Assembly (NCBI RefSeq): GCF_009914755.1
Contig: NC_060940.1
Length of the DNA: 64,000 bases
Strand: one strand, 5' to 3'
From: the human T2T-CHM13v2.0 reference genome, Homo sapiens
The position numbers and the translations under genes are program-made. The notes below the pieces were generated by a model. The model was not told the DNA's origin, ran no database searches, and was given only the letters and a program-made list of their open reading frames with translations. This document shows, in pieces, positions 13,491 to 27,652 of this stretch (the first letter of the stretch is position 1; each line of letters opens with the position of its first letter).

Positions 13491-15199
13491 TCGTTTTTCA
13501 CTATTCACAAGCACCTTTAAGCATTTGCTCTATCAAACAAAGCAATGTGATCGTAATTTTAATGATATTTTCTTTGATATAACAATATTTATGAGCTGTT
13601 TTCTAGTTTTCTTCCTATCTACCTGTCTATTTACTTGTGTATGGTTTACACAAGTAACAAAATATTAAGGGAAAGTGATTTCAGAGGGAATTAATTAATT
13701 TGTTCTGAAATGAATTTCTTCTTAATTTGTATAATCAATTTTTAGGTGGATTTGAGTGACTGCACTTAAGGGATCACTTGACAGAGCATCTCTTCATAGT
13801 TTTATAGCTCTTTGCTTGGAACTTACTGGACATTGTTGAAAATAAAAGAATTTAATCACATTTCATATGCTAGGCAAAATATCAGGTGAAATAGTACAAG
13901 CAAGTGGCTGATCTTAGAGGTGCAAATCATGGCATCTAAGAACAAGCTGCTTTTTTTTTTTTAAAAAAAAAAAAGGATATAATTGATGCCCGTGACTGAA
14001 TGTAGCATTTTTAGTAGTGTGGTTTGAACCGAGAATTGTATTTAGCCTTTCTCTTTATGTTCTACAGTCATTTCCTAAGACATCCATTCTTCTCAGAGCA
14101 AGAGAGGCAAACAGAGAAAGTCCCTGTCTGTCTATCTAGTTTCCATTTCAGGGACACTTCTTATTTCTAAGTGGACTTCCAGTGTGATATACAGAAAATA
14201 AATTATCAGAGATTTTGGAGAGCGAGTAAGAAACCCACTCATTCAACTTCTGAAACAGCTACATGTGAGTTTCTTCTTCCAGTCAGGGTGGTGAGGTACG
14301 ATGATAAATGTGTCGCAATCCCTGCTATTCAGGGACCCACAAGCAAATGGAGAAGACAAAAAGTAACTCTAACAAAGCGCAGACTGTGATCCATACTACA
14401 CTTCAGTATGGATTCCTGATCTAATACAATTCTGACTTATTTGGTAACCTGTGTGTTTCCTCTCATTTCTCTTAAAAATCAATAAATAACCAGTAATATC
14501 ACTAGAGTTGACATCAGATGGGTTTTTATATTTTTCACCTACCTATGAAGTGATAGTTTAAAAATTTATCCCCAAGAATTACACTGGCTGAATATGTTTC
14601 ATGCTAAATGTACTCTGTAATAGCACACTTTGGGACTCTGGTTATTTTTCCATTGACACTGATGATTCAGTGAATTGTATCTAAGAAAGAAAGAAACTAA
14701 ATATGTTAAAAAATTTCTTAGTAAAATATTTTTTACATTCCTTGGATAGTTTTGGTTTCATACACTCACTCTTCTCTGGGTTGGGCTATTATTCATTCAG
14801 TCTATTAAAGTGTTCCAAAACATAGTAATTTCTGCAACTTCTTGGGGTTTCACTTTACTCTGCACATTTCATTCATTTATTCACTCAACAAATAGTTAGT
14901 AAGCCTCCACATTGTGGTACCTGTCATTACACATGTCTTCAGCACCAGTTTTCTTGAAATGTTATTATGGTCTCAATCTGTAAATTCTTGCTCGCAATTG
15001 AGAACAGAAGTTTCGACTCTCAGATACACAATGCTTTTGTGACCACATTTTATGCTGAAGGTTTTGCTTTTTTCTTAAGACAAAATGTATTGTATTGTTT
15101 AAGGTGCTTATAGGGGGGCCGGTGTTCTTACAGGCAATGTGCTCAGAGGCTGTGCTCTTACAGCTCACCCTGGCTTAAAGCTCAGCTTTGCCACTTCCT

Positions 15200-15620
15200 G
15201 GTCCTGTAGAAAAACAGCACAGTGTGGTAAGTGCAATGAGGGAGAGGCATACACAATATTTGGAGTGGTCACAGGCAGAACATCAGATGTGAGCAGTGGG
15301 AGTCAGTGAAAGGTGTTTACTGAAGGATGAATAGGACAGCTAGATGAGGAAAGAAGGCGGAAACACATGCCCATCATAGCGAGGTCCACAAAAGCATGGA
15401 GTCTTTGAATGCACCACAGTAGTGCAGAAGGACAAAAATGTTCAGAAGTGGCCAGGTCATGAGGAATCCTGTAGGTAAAGCTAAGGACTAAGGATCTGAT
15501 CCAGAATCTTGAGGGGTCATTTTATTACTATAAGTGTTATGCATGCACATGTGTGTGACACTGATTAGATTTGCTTTTTATAAACTTAAAATTCTCAGGA
15601 GGGTGAAGGATGGGAATGAT
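15200..15620 (-). mobile_element. Degraded L2 fragment
   Basis: Purine-rich L2-like motifs (tgaaggatgaatagga, ggccaggtcatg..taaggac, gattagatttgctttt). Confidence 0.5.
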
Positions 15621-15880
15621 AAAAAACAGGAAATGGAGTCTAACTTGAGTCCACAGAGACTAGATATTAAGCTGGTGAACTAACTCCTGTAAAAAGTAAT
15701 AAGAGCTACAGAAAAACAGAGACAGTGACAATGCTAATAAAGAACAGGCAACAACAGAGTTGTTCCACATGAGCACGTAGGACTGACAGCACGTCATGGC
15801 TGTCGGAAAGTAGTGACATGTGAGAGGAAGGAGTGGCCAATTCAAGTTGGTGGCTTTTGCTTTTTATTGTATTACAATAA

Positions 15881-16119
<239 letters not shown>

Positions 16120-18613
16120 CTGAATAAGAAATTTTAAGTGTGTTCATTTTTTGAAACTCTCTTCCTAAACTTCTCTACAAAGGATCGTATTTAAAAGCTT
16201 TTTTGAGATTGTGTGTGATTTCTACAATGCAATGTTTGAGGAATATGCCATGGTAATGTATTGAGTAAAATCTTTCTGAAATAAGGCTGATACAAAATGT
16301 TTTCTAACATTATGTATTGTTGCATTTTAATGAAATATTTTGCTTTTGGCAAGAATAAGAATTTATCCTGAATTGAAGGTTTCATAGGTGATTCTTCCGC
16401 AACACAGAGCATTATAATGTTTTCCTGCCTTCCATTCAAATACCTACCTCCACCCCACCCATTTGACTTAAATAGTAAAGATTAAATACATCTGCCTTAT
16501 GATAGAAGACTGAATTCCTATAGCTGAGTTATTTCAATGCTTTGGGAAAGATACATTTAGGGCTTATGTATTTATCATCGGATGTGTAAAAAGAGAATTT
16601 GGTAAAATGATAAAATGGAAAAGCAAGTTTAAAATTTTATAATGTGTTCTTCAAGTTATATTCAATTTAATTAAGCAAACATTTACCAAGTGCCTGCCAT
16701 ATTGAAGTATGTTCTAGAACACAGGCATATAAAGATATAGAGATGCTGATCTCAAAATGGACGAAAGAGAGAGGCAGAGAGAGAGAGAGAGAGAAGAAAG
16801 AGAAATGGTATAGCTAATCATGATGGTACAAATGGTACTACTTTTGGAAATTCCACATCAATTTGAATCCAGTATTTTTGCTGTATCTAAGGATTCAGCA
16901 GCCAAAGATGAATGCTATTGAATTATTGACCATATTTGATACCCCAAGCATTGAGAAGAGCTGAAATAATTGCCCCTCCAGAGAGCTTTAATTCTCCAGT
17001 GTGTTCTGTAGCATTAAATCTTATGAGATTTAAAAATCCATGGCAGGAAACATTTGAGGCTTCCAGTTGCTCTCCGTTGGCAACTGTTACATTTTTAAAA
17101 TATGCCCCTGGACATATCCAGCCATGAAGAAAAACCCAGAAGGTTTTCACTCAACAAAGTTGTAAAGAAGTAACCTTTAGTAACTTATAAGTGAACTCAA
17201 AAGACTTAAACATAAGAGGGAAATCTCTTTTTCAAAAAGTGTTTTAGCATTTTGGACATCAGAATTGCAAGTACAACAAAACAAACAACTGCTCTTTAGA
17301 AAGCTATTTTAATTGATGGCACTGTTTAGCTAAATCTTCTTGGGCATTTAGATTTCATCATTTCTAAAACACTGTTATTCAATTTAATTTTGCTTGAAAC
17401 CAATACACATGTATTTGAAATCATATTGACTGGGAATTTGGATCCTAGCAATATAAATTCCCCACATCACAAAGTACTTGAGGTGCTGAATGAACTAAAA
17501 TAAAAGATAACTATTTATATTTATTTTTGTTCAATCATAATAATGTATTTAATTTATTATGTTGCAGCCCTAAAGAATTAAAGGGAGCTGTTTTTTCAAA
17601 TGTGCATGCTCCGAGTTGTGTTACAGTGAAAAATTAAATTCTTAGTACTGAGGAAGAAGATAATTTTATTTGATTTACTTGACTTTACTTGATTATAATC
17701 TATTGCTGAAATTTCCCCTGGGGTCATTGAAATATATGTTCTCAGGCTATGACATAATCTATTATCTTTTAAATTTATCAACATTTACTATACAAAAAGA
17801 AGCTCAGAAGCTTATGATAGATAGATACACAATCCTTCACTTGGCTACTGGTTATATGCAAATCCTTCAGCATGCTGTTTCAGAATACTTTATCCAAGAA
17901 CTTCAGATAACTTGCTCTCTTTAATTTTGTTTGGCATCTGCAGCATTAAAAAATATCTGTTAAAAACTTTTATTTTTTCATTTTTCATAAAAGAAGACCT
18001 GATAAACCAGATACTAAATTAGAATCAGAAATAGTCTCTGCTTCTCCTTTTCCTCATCTACTCTTTATGTCAAACATATTATTTTTTTTTCTTATCACCC
18101 GTAATCAGAAACCTGAAGAGACCCTTCTGTTTTTCTGCTATCTTCACCCGTCTCTTCACATAGTCACAAATTACTGTGGCTGCCTCTTTAGTGTCCCTAC
18201 ATCTTCCCCATCTCTTTTGTTCTACTGCCACAGTCTTTCAAACTACACAGCTGAGCACACATTTTTAATGTTTTATTAATTACTGTGCTAGGGTCTTATA
18301 CAGGGTGCCATAAAGACAAAGAGGACACTTAAGTCCAAGGAGGTTAGCCGGTAGGTCTTCATCTGGAGGCCATTCCAAGCTGATAATCTCAGTGAACCTG
18401 AATAGAACTGTGTGTTTAATCAAAATGTAACAGTCAAGTTTAACTAAAATGCAATAAGCAAAATGTAATTTTCCTGGAGCAGCCATATGAAAGGTTGATT
18501 GGGTGGGAGAAAGTAGAATTGAAAATGAGTTTAGAATTAACAGTCTAGCTTTTATGAATGGCAATTAGATTCTTTGGATTACCCCATTCATTGTGTGTGC
18601 ACATGTGTGTACA

Positions 18614-18617
<4 letters not shown>

Positions 18618-18663
<46 letters not shown>
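18618..18663. repeat. (TG)23 microsatellite
   Basis: Uninterrupted TG run preceded by degenerate TG/CA units from about 18592. Confidence 0.98.
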
Positions 18664-18667
<4 letters not shown>

Positions 18668-19108
18668 AAGGGGCTGTGCTGAGAAGCAGCCAGAGTCTCA
18701 GTTCTAGGGTCCACCCAAGCGGAAGAATTCATTAGAATCTGAAATGAAAGCAGAAAGCCAACAAGTGGAGTAAACACACCCTTAAAGTAATGGGGTGGCT
18801 GCAGCCATATAGAGCTCTCCAAGGGCTCAGTTGCCTGCAGGGATGCTGGCCAACTGGACTGCTGATCCTCTCCTAGACCACATTCTTATCAAGGGGCACA
18901 TTTCCTGAGACATTCAGTCTCTTTCTTTTTAAGCCATGGAGTGGAGCCAAACAATATGTGGGTGGTGGACGTTTAATACCAATAGTGAGTTGGGTGGGGG
19001 CAGGTAGGGCAGAAATGATTCAAGTGTGGTTTGTATTAAATCAGTTCCTCTTTAATGATTGTGACTTGATGTTCTCTAGAACCTGGTAGGGACTTCTAAC
19101 TTCATTAG

Positions 19109-20291
<1,183 letters not shown>

Positions 20292-20493
20292 GAAGTTAAG
20301 GCAACTTTTTGCAGGTGACATCTGGAATATCACTGATGTACTTTTAAAGAATATCACTTTTAAAGAGAACACATTCCATTGTTGCTTATAAGCAGATATC
20401 TTGCCTATCCCACATCATGTCCACATAGCACAATGTCCTCAAATACTTGCTGAAATAGCTAGTTCAAGCAATAAAATGGGAGAGCTGTGCTGT

Positions 20494-20704
20494 TGGACAC
20501 AGGGAGGGGAACATCACACACCAGGGCCTGTCGGGGTTGGGGTCTAGGGGAGAGATAGCATTAGGAGAAATACCTAATGTAGATGATGGGTTGATAGGTG
20601 CACAAACCACCATGGCACGTGTATACCTATGCAACAAACCTGCACGTTTTGCACATGTATCCCAGAACTTAAAGTATAATCAAAAATTATAAATTAAAAA
20701 CAAA
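20494..20704 (+). mobile_element. L1PA7-like 3'UTR fragment
   Basis: ggacacagggaggggaacatcacac..ttaggagaaatacctaatgtagatg..tatcccagaacttaaagtataa. Confidence 0.9.
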
Positions 20705-21034
20705 GATGTTGAATGGCAAATAAATGAGACCAATGTCATCAGCAAGAAATTAAAATTCTCTGACCTTCAATTTTTCATATAGAAAATAAATAGAATATCT
20801 TTCTCACAAAGTTGTAGTAAAGATTTAACGTGGTTGAGATATAGCATGCAATACATGTAACTATAATTAACATTTTTCTCTAGAGGGCTCCAGTCAAAAC
20901 ATTGGCACATTGGCAAGCATCAATTTATTTTATTCATGTCTTCATCGATAAACATGAAATCAATTTGCAGTACATTAGACACTATGACATATGTTAGGGA
21001 AGTACCTGGATGTCAAGGAAGGGGTATCTTTTAT

Positions 21035-21106
21035 TTTATTTATTTATTTTATTTTTTTCACTTTCCTTTTTTTTAAATTATTATTATACTTTAAGTTTTA
21101 GGGTAC
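21035..21106 (-). mobile_element. Extremely 5'-truncated young L1PA (last ~25 nt plus tail)
   Basis: ttatactttaagttttagggtac is the reverse complement of the L1PA2-4 terminus; T-rich tail; flanks gggta(t)cttttat. Confidence 0.75.
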
Positions 21107-21754
21107 TTTTATAAAAGAGTGCCTAGGTGATGAACAAGTACATACTTGGTCAGTTTAACAGTATTTTATAGGAACTAACATGGAAATTATAACTTACAGA
21201 CATGAAAACAAAGAAAAACTATACCATAGTCTTCATAATTCCAGGAAATTGTGGGTAAGAGTAGTGTATAAAAAATTAACACACACAAAAAGAGCATTTT
21301 TGAATGAGACTGTTGATCTTTGTCTTTTACTATGGGAATGATCAATTTTTAAGCAGCTGTCTTGAAAAACAAAATGACAAATGGTGGCTACTTGTAAAGC
21401 CATCATCATATTAATAGCTCCAAGGGTTACTTTCAACTGATGATTTTAAGTTCTAAAATCCAAAAACAAAAATTTAAACATAATTTTTTTTAAAACTGTG
21501 TTTGAGGCCAAAAGTGGTTCATGGTGGGATATGCAAATGAATTGAATTGAAACAGGTGTTTTCTATTTTAAAATAATTTATGATCTAATTCAAGGCATGG
21601 TACATAACATCTAAGATAATATTAACGATTAATATAGTGGTATTTGCAAACAGTATGTGAACTCATGTATACTGAAAGACCTGGAAGTACATGAGTTACC
21701 AGTACTTGGTTTAGTAATGAAGAAATGTTATCAGGACTTTGGGAGGGTTACAGT

Positions 21755-22403
21755 TTTTACTGGCGTGGTCCAGGTCTGTTCTGCTTACACGGGGTAAATC
21801 AGTCACTGTGACAAAGGTTTTGCAAAAGAGGAAAGATTTATTGGCAAGGTCTCCAAGTGAGGAGGTGGGAGAACAGCTCTCAAATCCGCCTCCCTGAAGA
21901 TGAGGCTTAGGGATGTTTATGGGTTAAGGAAGTGGCATGATCTAAGGCATGGGGAAGGTGATTGGCAGTGGGGAAAAATGAAGTGACAGGTTGGTTTTGC
22001 ACAGGAATAATCAGAGTTCATGGCATTTCATAGGACATATGTACAGAAAACAGTGGCGTTAGCATGATCTGAGGGTGGAGTTTTGGCTCTCTGACATCAA
22101 AAAGCCACCTCTCGGGCACTTGCACAGGCCCAGTTGAAAGGCCAGTGGTCTCTACTGGTTTGAACTGAACAGCAGCTGGCCCAAGTTTCTGAGAAACAAC
22201 CGAAGCGACCATTACCATGGTGACTTAGGAATGATATCCACCTATAAGTAGCCAGGGAAGGTACAATTTCAGCTTCAGTGGCGAGGCCTTCAGCTACCAT
22301 GGACTTCAGCTTCATAGAAAAAGGAAAAATAAAAAACAAAAAACAGAAAGTGACAAAAAGCAAGCAGGGCAAGTAGATCTGACAAAATTAACCCTTCACT
22401 TCA
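21755..22403 (-). mobile_element. ERV1-class solo LTR (subfamily unassigned)
   Basis: LTR-like ends (ttactggcgt.. / ..cttca), minus-strand AATAAA (tttatt near 21837), ctcaaatccgcctccctgaag motif typical of MER4-group LTRs. Confidence 0.7.
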
Positions 22404-22449
22404 CAATAGTTTTGAAAAGAGCTGAAGGACCTAGAAATATGAAGGATCA

Positions 22450-22945
22450 ATCCTATGATCTCATCTAAGGCTTGGGATTCTCTCCAAGCTCACGTTAATT
22501 AGCAGAATTTCCTTGGAGCTGAACCTCCGTTTATGGGCTTGCTGTCAATCCAGGGCCATTTTCGGGTCCTAGAGGCTGTCCATCGTTTCTTGACAGGTGA
22601 CCCTTTCTATAACACGGTGATTTTCTCCCTCCAGGCCTGTAAGATAAATTTCACCCATGCTTCTTATCTCTTTCACTTTTTGTGTCTCTGACCTTTAGAC
22701 CTTTTGAAGGTCTCCCCTGATTAGGTCAACCCACTCAGGATAATACCCTTCTTAGGTAATTAAATTAAGGACCTCAATTAATTAATTACATCTGCAAGAT
22801 TAGTTTTGCTATATAACATAACATAAGCACAGGACTGATACCCCATCATATTCACAAATTCTGCCTGCACTCGAGGGGAGGGGATTATCCTAGGCCTATA
22901 CAAGTGGCTGAAATCTTGAAGACCATCTTAGAATTCTGTCCACTG
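22450..22945 (-). mobile_element. MLT1E/F-type MaLR LTR
   Basis: tgattaggtcaacccactcaggataat..ttaattacatctgcaa..catcatattcac..ccatcttagaattctg. Confidence 0.75.
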
Positions 22946-24100
22946 AGGGGCTCACACACCTGACTATCTCTCCAGAAGGGAGGGCTCTATGCCACGATGC
23001 TGCATGTTGTTTAGGGAGATCAGGAGCTGGAAACATTTGAGTGTCCTTGTAATAGTGATGGGTCCCTGGTAGGGGGTGTAGTCTTGTTGGAAAGAGTCCA
23101 GAGCTTAGAATGGTTATCAGTTCTTCTGTACTGAGCTAATGCACACCTACTCTGCCAGCTTTTAGCCAAGCTTCTAAAACAGTGGAAATGAACCTCTGAG
23201 ACCAGCCAAACTTTTTCCTTGCTTGATTATGAAATCAAACACAATAATCTTAGCTAATGAAATGGAAATATTCTCCATCTAATCTCATGTTATTGCTCAG
23301 AGAAGCTTATTGTTTCTAGTTGGCTTGATTTTTTTTCCCTTAGTGAGAAATAGCTATTTATTAAACTAGCTTTATGCACTCCCCTATTAAAACCCATTTA
23401 TCTGCAGGAAAATTCCTTATCACTAGGAAACATTTCAGCCTTCATCTTTAAGTGTGATACTTTGAGATACAAATAACAACTCTTAAAATAATTTAGTAAT
23501 AAAATGGAACATTTGTTCAGTGATGTTGAAATATCACCTAATATGACTAGAATAAGAATTGAATTGAGACTTACTCAATTTTCCCTCCAGGAATCAAAGT
23601 CAAAACCATGGCAATTTCAGGTTGAAAATATCAGTAATGGAAGTAGCACATACTTAGGAGGACATTGTTGCTGTGACTTCATGGACATGTGGTTTAGTTG
23701 GCACAGTGTGAATTTCTAACTGTATCATCAAAGGTGTCCAAATAAAGAGATGCCCATGTTCTCTGAATTCCTTTCTCTCTTTCTTAATAAATTGTGGCTG
23801 TTTGATTTCTGCATCATGTGCAGTTTAAAATTCTGCTTTTCTGGAGAAAATGAAACAAACAGCTCTGAAGCTGAAGAGATGTAAAGAAAACTATGGTCTT
23901 TTGGAACATCAAAAATTATTTCATAATGAGAAAACAATGCATCGTAAGAACAGTTTTACTTTCTTTTTAAGTAATTCAGTAAAATCCCCTTTTTTTTTAA
24001 GAGGGAAGGATAGCCATGTGGTTACGAATGTTGAATGCTGATTTCTCTCTTTCTCTTTGAGGAATAATTCTTATAAGATTTTGTAAGACATATCTACAAA

Positions 24101-24145
24101 ACTTTTATTCAGTTCACTTTTATTCAGTTCACTTTTATTCAGTTC
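24101..24145. repeat. 15-bp tandem repeat, 3 perfect copies
   Basis: (acttttattcagttc)3. Confidence 0.95.
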
Positions 24146-24185
24146 CAACTTTGGAATTTATAATAAACACTTAAAGCAGCAATCA

Positions 24186-24418
24186 TAAACACTTACATAG
24201 TACTTTTTATACACCAGGTACCAACTACTCTTTATCTGCTGACTCATTTAATTCTCAGAAATCCATGTTTTGTTTAGTATGTACCATCATTATCCTCATT
24301 TCGAGATAGGAAAGGCGATTTAAATAAAATGCCTAAGATCATGTAGTACTTAGCAGAGGCAGAACTTGAACCCACAGAGGAGGCTTCAAGAGCTACACTT
24401 GTAATCACTATGCTGCAC
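24186..24418 (-). mobile_element. MIR SINE
   Basis: ctcatttaattctca..attatcctcatttcgagataggaaa..gcagaacttgaaccca core. Confidence 0.8.
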
Positions 24419-25004
24419 AATATTCTGGCTTCAGTGCAAGGCGACAGGTAACCTGATATTGATCTTCCAGTCACTTAACATCTCAGCAAGCAGAGACCCA
24501 GACCACCACAGAAGTGCCATAATAGAAGCCTGTTCAAGTTAAGGAAGAATTTCCCGGTAGGATGGGAGGGTTGAGGGCTCTCAAGAGGTGTCAGAGAAAA
24601 GGGGGCACTATGGCTGAGCCTGGAGCATCCCCAAGGGCTCAAAAAGGAGGGAAGAACATTTCTCAGCTTTGTGCATTGAAGGGAGGATTGGGATAATCTT
24701 CCAAGTGACTTTGGGAGGGATCCAGTTTTGTGTAACTCAAAATAAAATTATACATGTGGACTCCATTGTTAAATGGCTCTCTCAGAATGTGAGGTCTCAT
24801 CACTAAAGCAATATACGCGTGTCGCCACATCCGCCTTCAAAACTGCTTTTGACCAATCAGTGGGCAATATTTTGAGGCACAAAATCTGAAAAAATTAATT
24901 GTTTGGTTCTGCAATTACAGTTTGGCAACAGTGGTAGGCAGAAATGTGGTCCCCCGAGGATGTCCATATCTTAATCCCTAAAATCATTCAGTTTGTAACC
25001 TTTC

Positions 25005-25650
25005 AGATAGACTTTTTTACTCAATCTCATTTCTTGGGAATCCATCCAAATTGTACATCAGTAGTCTGTTCACTTTTATTGCAGAGTAGTATTTGGTGAT
25101 ATGTATGTAGCACAGTTTGTTTAATCACTCACCTGTTGAAGTGAGGTTGGACTGCTATGAACATTTGTGTACAGGTTTTTGTGTGAACATAAGTTTTTAT
25201 TTTTCTGGAATAAATGCCTAAATGAAATTGCTGGGATATATGTAAATTGCACGTTTAGTTTTACAAGAAATTGCTAAATTGCTTTCCTCTAAATTTGTGA
25301 ATTGATTTTCATGTATTTGAGAAAAGTGATCATATAGTTATTTCAATTTTCTCTATGTCTGTGACAATTTCCTGGTTTAATTCTCATTTTGTATACTTAT
25401 ACTTTCTCCATAAGAATAGGTAGTGGGATTTTTTGGTTATAATTTATTGTCTTTTTTGTTTTGAAGAACTAGATCGTAGATTCATTGATTTTGTTGTTAT
25501 TGCATTTTCTAACTGATTAGCTGGCATTTTTTTTAAAACCAATTCCTTCCTTGTGCTTTCCTGATGTTTATTTCATTGTTTTTTCTAAGTTGAGTGCTAC
25601 GTAATTTATTTTCATTGCCCGTTTTTAATAAAGAAATTATCTAAGGCTTT
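25005..25650 (-). mobile_element. Old L1 (L1MC/L1ME) fragments
   Basis: gcagagtagtatt..gtttgtttaatcactcacctgttgaag..ctgctatgaacatttgtgtacaggttttt typical of antisense L1M 3' regions. Confidence 0.7.
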
Positions 25651-25801
25651 TGAATTTAAGGCTCTAAATTCCCCATCCTTAATTTAGCTATTACTGAGAA
25701 CTGGGGCCGACCTGACCATGGGAAGTGGGTTTACTTGGCTTAGCAGTGGGGAAGGAACTGAGGGTGTCCAGAGCCTGGCAGTCTGGCAAGACCCATCATT
25801 C

Positions 25802-26380
25802 GTTTTTGTTGTTGTTTTAATTCAGCTTTTATTTAGATACAGGGGGTACATGTGTAGATTTGCTACATGGGTATATTGCACCCAGGTAATGAGACTAGCA
25901 CCCAACAGGTAGTTTTTCAACACATGGTCCCCTCCCTTTCTCCCCACTCAAGTAGTCTGCAGTGTCAGCTGTTCCCATGTTTATGTCCATGTGTGCTCAA
26001 TGTTTAGCTCTCACTTATAAGTGAGAATATGTGATAACTGCTTTTCTCTCCCTGCATTAATTTACTTAAGCTTATGGCTTCCAGCTTCATCTGTGTTGCT
26101 GTGAAGGAGATGATTTTATTCTAGTTTTTGGCTGCATAATATTCCATGGTATATATGTATCACAGTTTCTTTATCCAGTCCACCACTGGTGGGCACCTCG
26201 ATTGATTCCACATCTTTGCTATTCTGAACAGTATGGTGATGAATATATGAATGTATGTGTCTTTTTGGTATAAAGGTCTAGTTGTCCTTTGCATGTATAC
26301 CCAGTAATGAGATTGCTGGATCAAATAGCTCCGTTTTAAGTTCTTTGAGAAATATCTAAATTGCTTTCTACAGTGGCTGA
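25802..26380 (-). mobile_element. L1PA15/16-like 3' end
   Basis: Antisense 3'UTR and ORF2 tail (ORF 26160-26477 ends ..KMWNQSRCPPVVDWIKK); TSD acccatc(a/c)ttc at 25791 and 26381. Confidence 0.9.
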
Positions 26381-27630
26381 ACCCATCCTTCTTAATAAGG
26401 TTATAGACTTTCATTTCGAAGCAGTTAGTTGGTTTTGATATTTTTCTGAAGATCTGTCTTTTCTCATTGTTTTCCACTGCGTATCAACAGTGGGCCCTTA
26501 ACATCCAGTGGCAAATATGCCCTTTCCCGACTCCCCAATCTCTACAAAAACAAACAAAATCCCACGTGAATGCAATAAAACATGATTGGCTCCTACACTC
26601 TGAAACTGTGAATATTTAGTTGGACCAGTTATAGAAAGCAAAATGTTGAAAGCAAAAAGTGAAAAATCTAACTGGTGCTCAAGTCAGAGGATTTGAACGT
26701 GAGATGTCACAGGCAGGAGTCAAGATGATTCGCATACGTCCAGTGACAGGTACAGTGCTTGATACGAAGATTTTGTTTCCACAATTCCAAATCAATTTAT
26801 CACACTGACTAATTTTCGAGGTGGTGCATTAAAGACAGGCATATGAAAAATCCTTGATGAGAACACACTTTTCTTTGCTTAATGGTATTGGGAGGTATAA
26901 GAAGAAGGGATGGATTATTTTAAGTACCTACTCTGTACTTTTTAAATGTTATGTATGGTATAACATGAAGTTCTTGCAGTTCTGTTGTGAAGGGGATATT
27001 TTCATCTGCACTTTATAGGCAGAGGTACATCAAGTTGAAGCAGTATGTATCAGACCTCGGGAAGTACCAGAGCAAGAATTTGAGGACTGGCCTCTCTGAA
27101 TCCAGACCCCATGTTTTCACAATGCTTAAATAGATCACTAACAAAGAGACAAATGTTTGATTACAATAGATGGTTAAGCACACAGCCATAGCCTAACAAT
27201 AACAAAAGTACTTCATTGAATAACACAAAAAGCATGAGCAAAATTAAAGATGAACATAAAAACAGAAAAAGCAACTGAAACAAATATGTTTGGCCAACAA
27301 TGTATATAATATCGTAATTAATTTAAATTATGTTTCTAAGTGGAAAAACAGAGGATAATGACAGACAATTTGCAGGTATTGAGAATGGATAACAACATAT
27401 GGAAAACATTGTTTGACTGCATTAATCAAAGCAACGATATAAATACACAACTACTACAATTTGTTCACTTAGTAAATCAGCAAACCTTGCTGAGGTGTGT
27501 GTGATGAAATGGAGACTAAATTGATATTATCATTGTGGAAAAAATGGAAATATGTTTCAGCATCTTTGGATATATTTTTTAAAATTAACTTTTGATCCTC
27601 TAATTCTCCTAGATATCTATTTTAAATGCA

Positions 27631-27652
27631 TATATATATATATATATATATA
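27631..27652. repeat. (TA)11 microsatellite
   Basis: Uninterrupted TA run. Confidence 0.95.
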
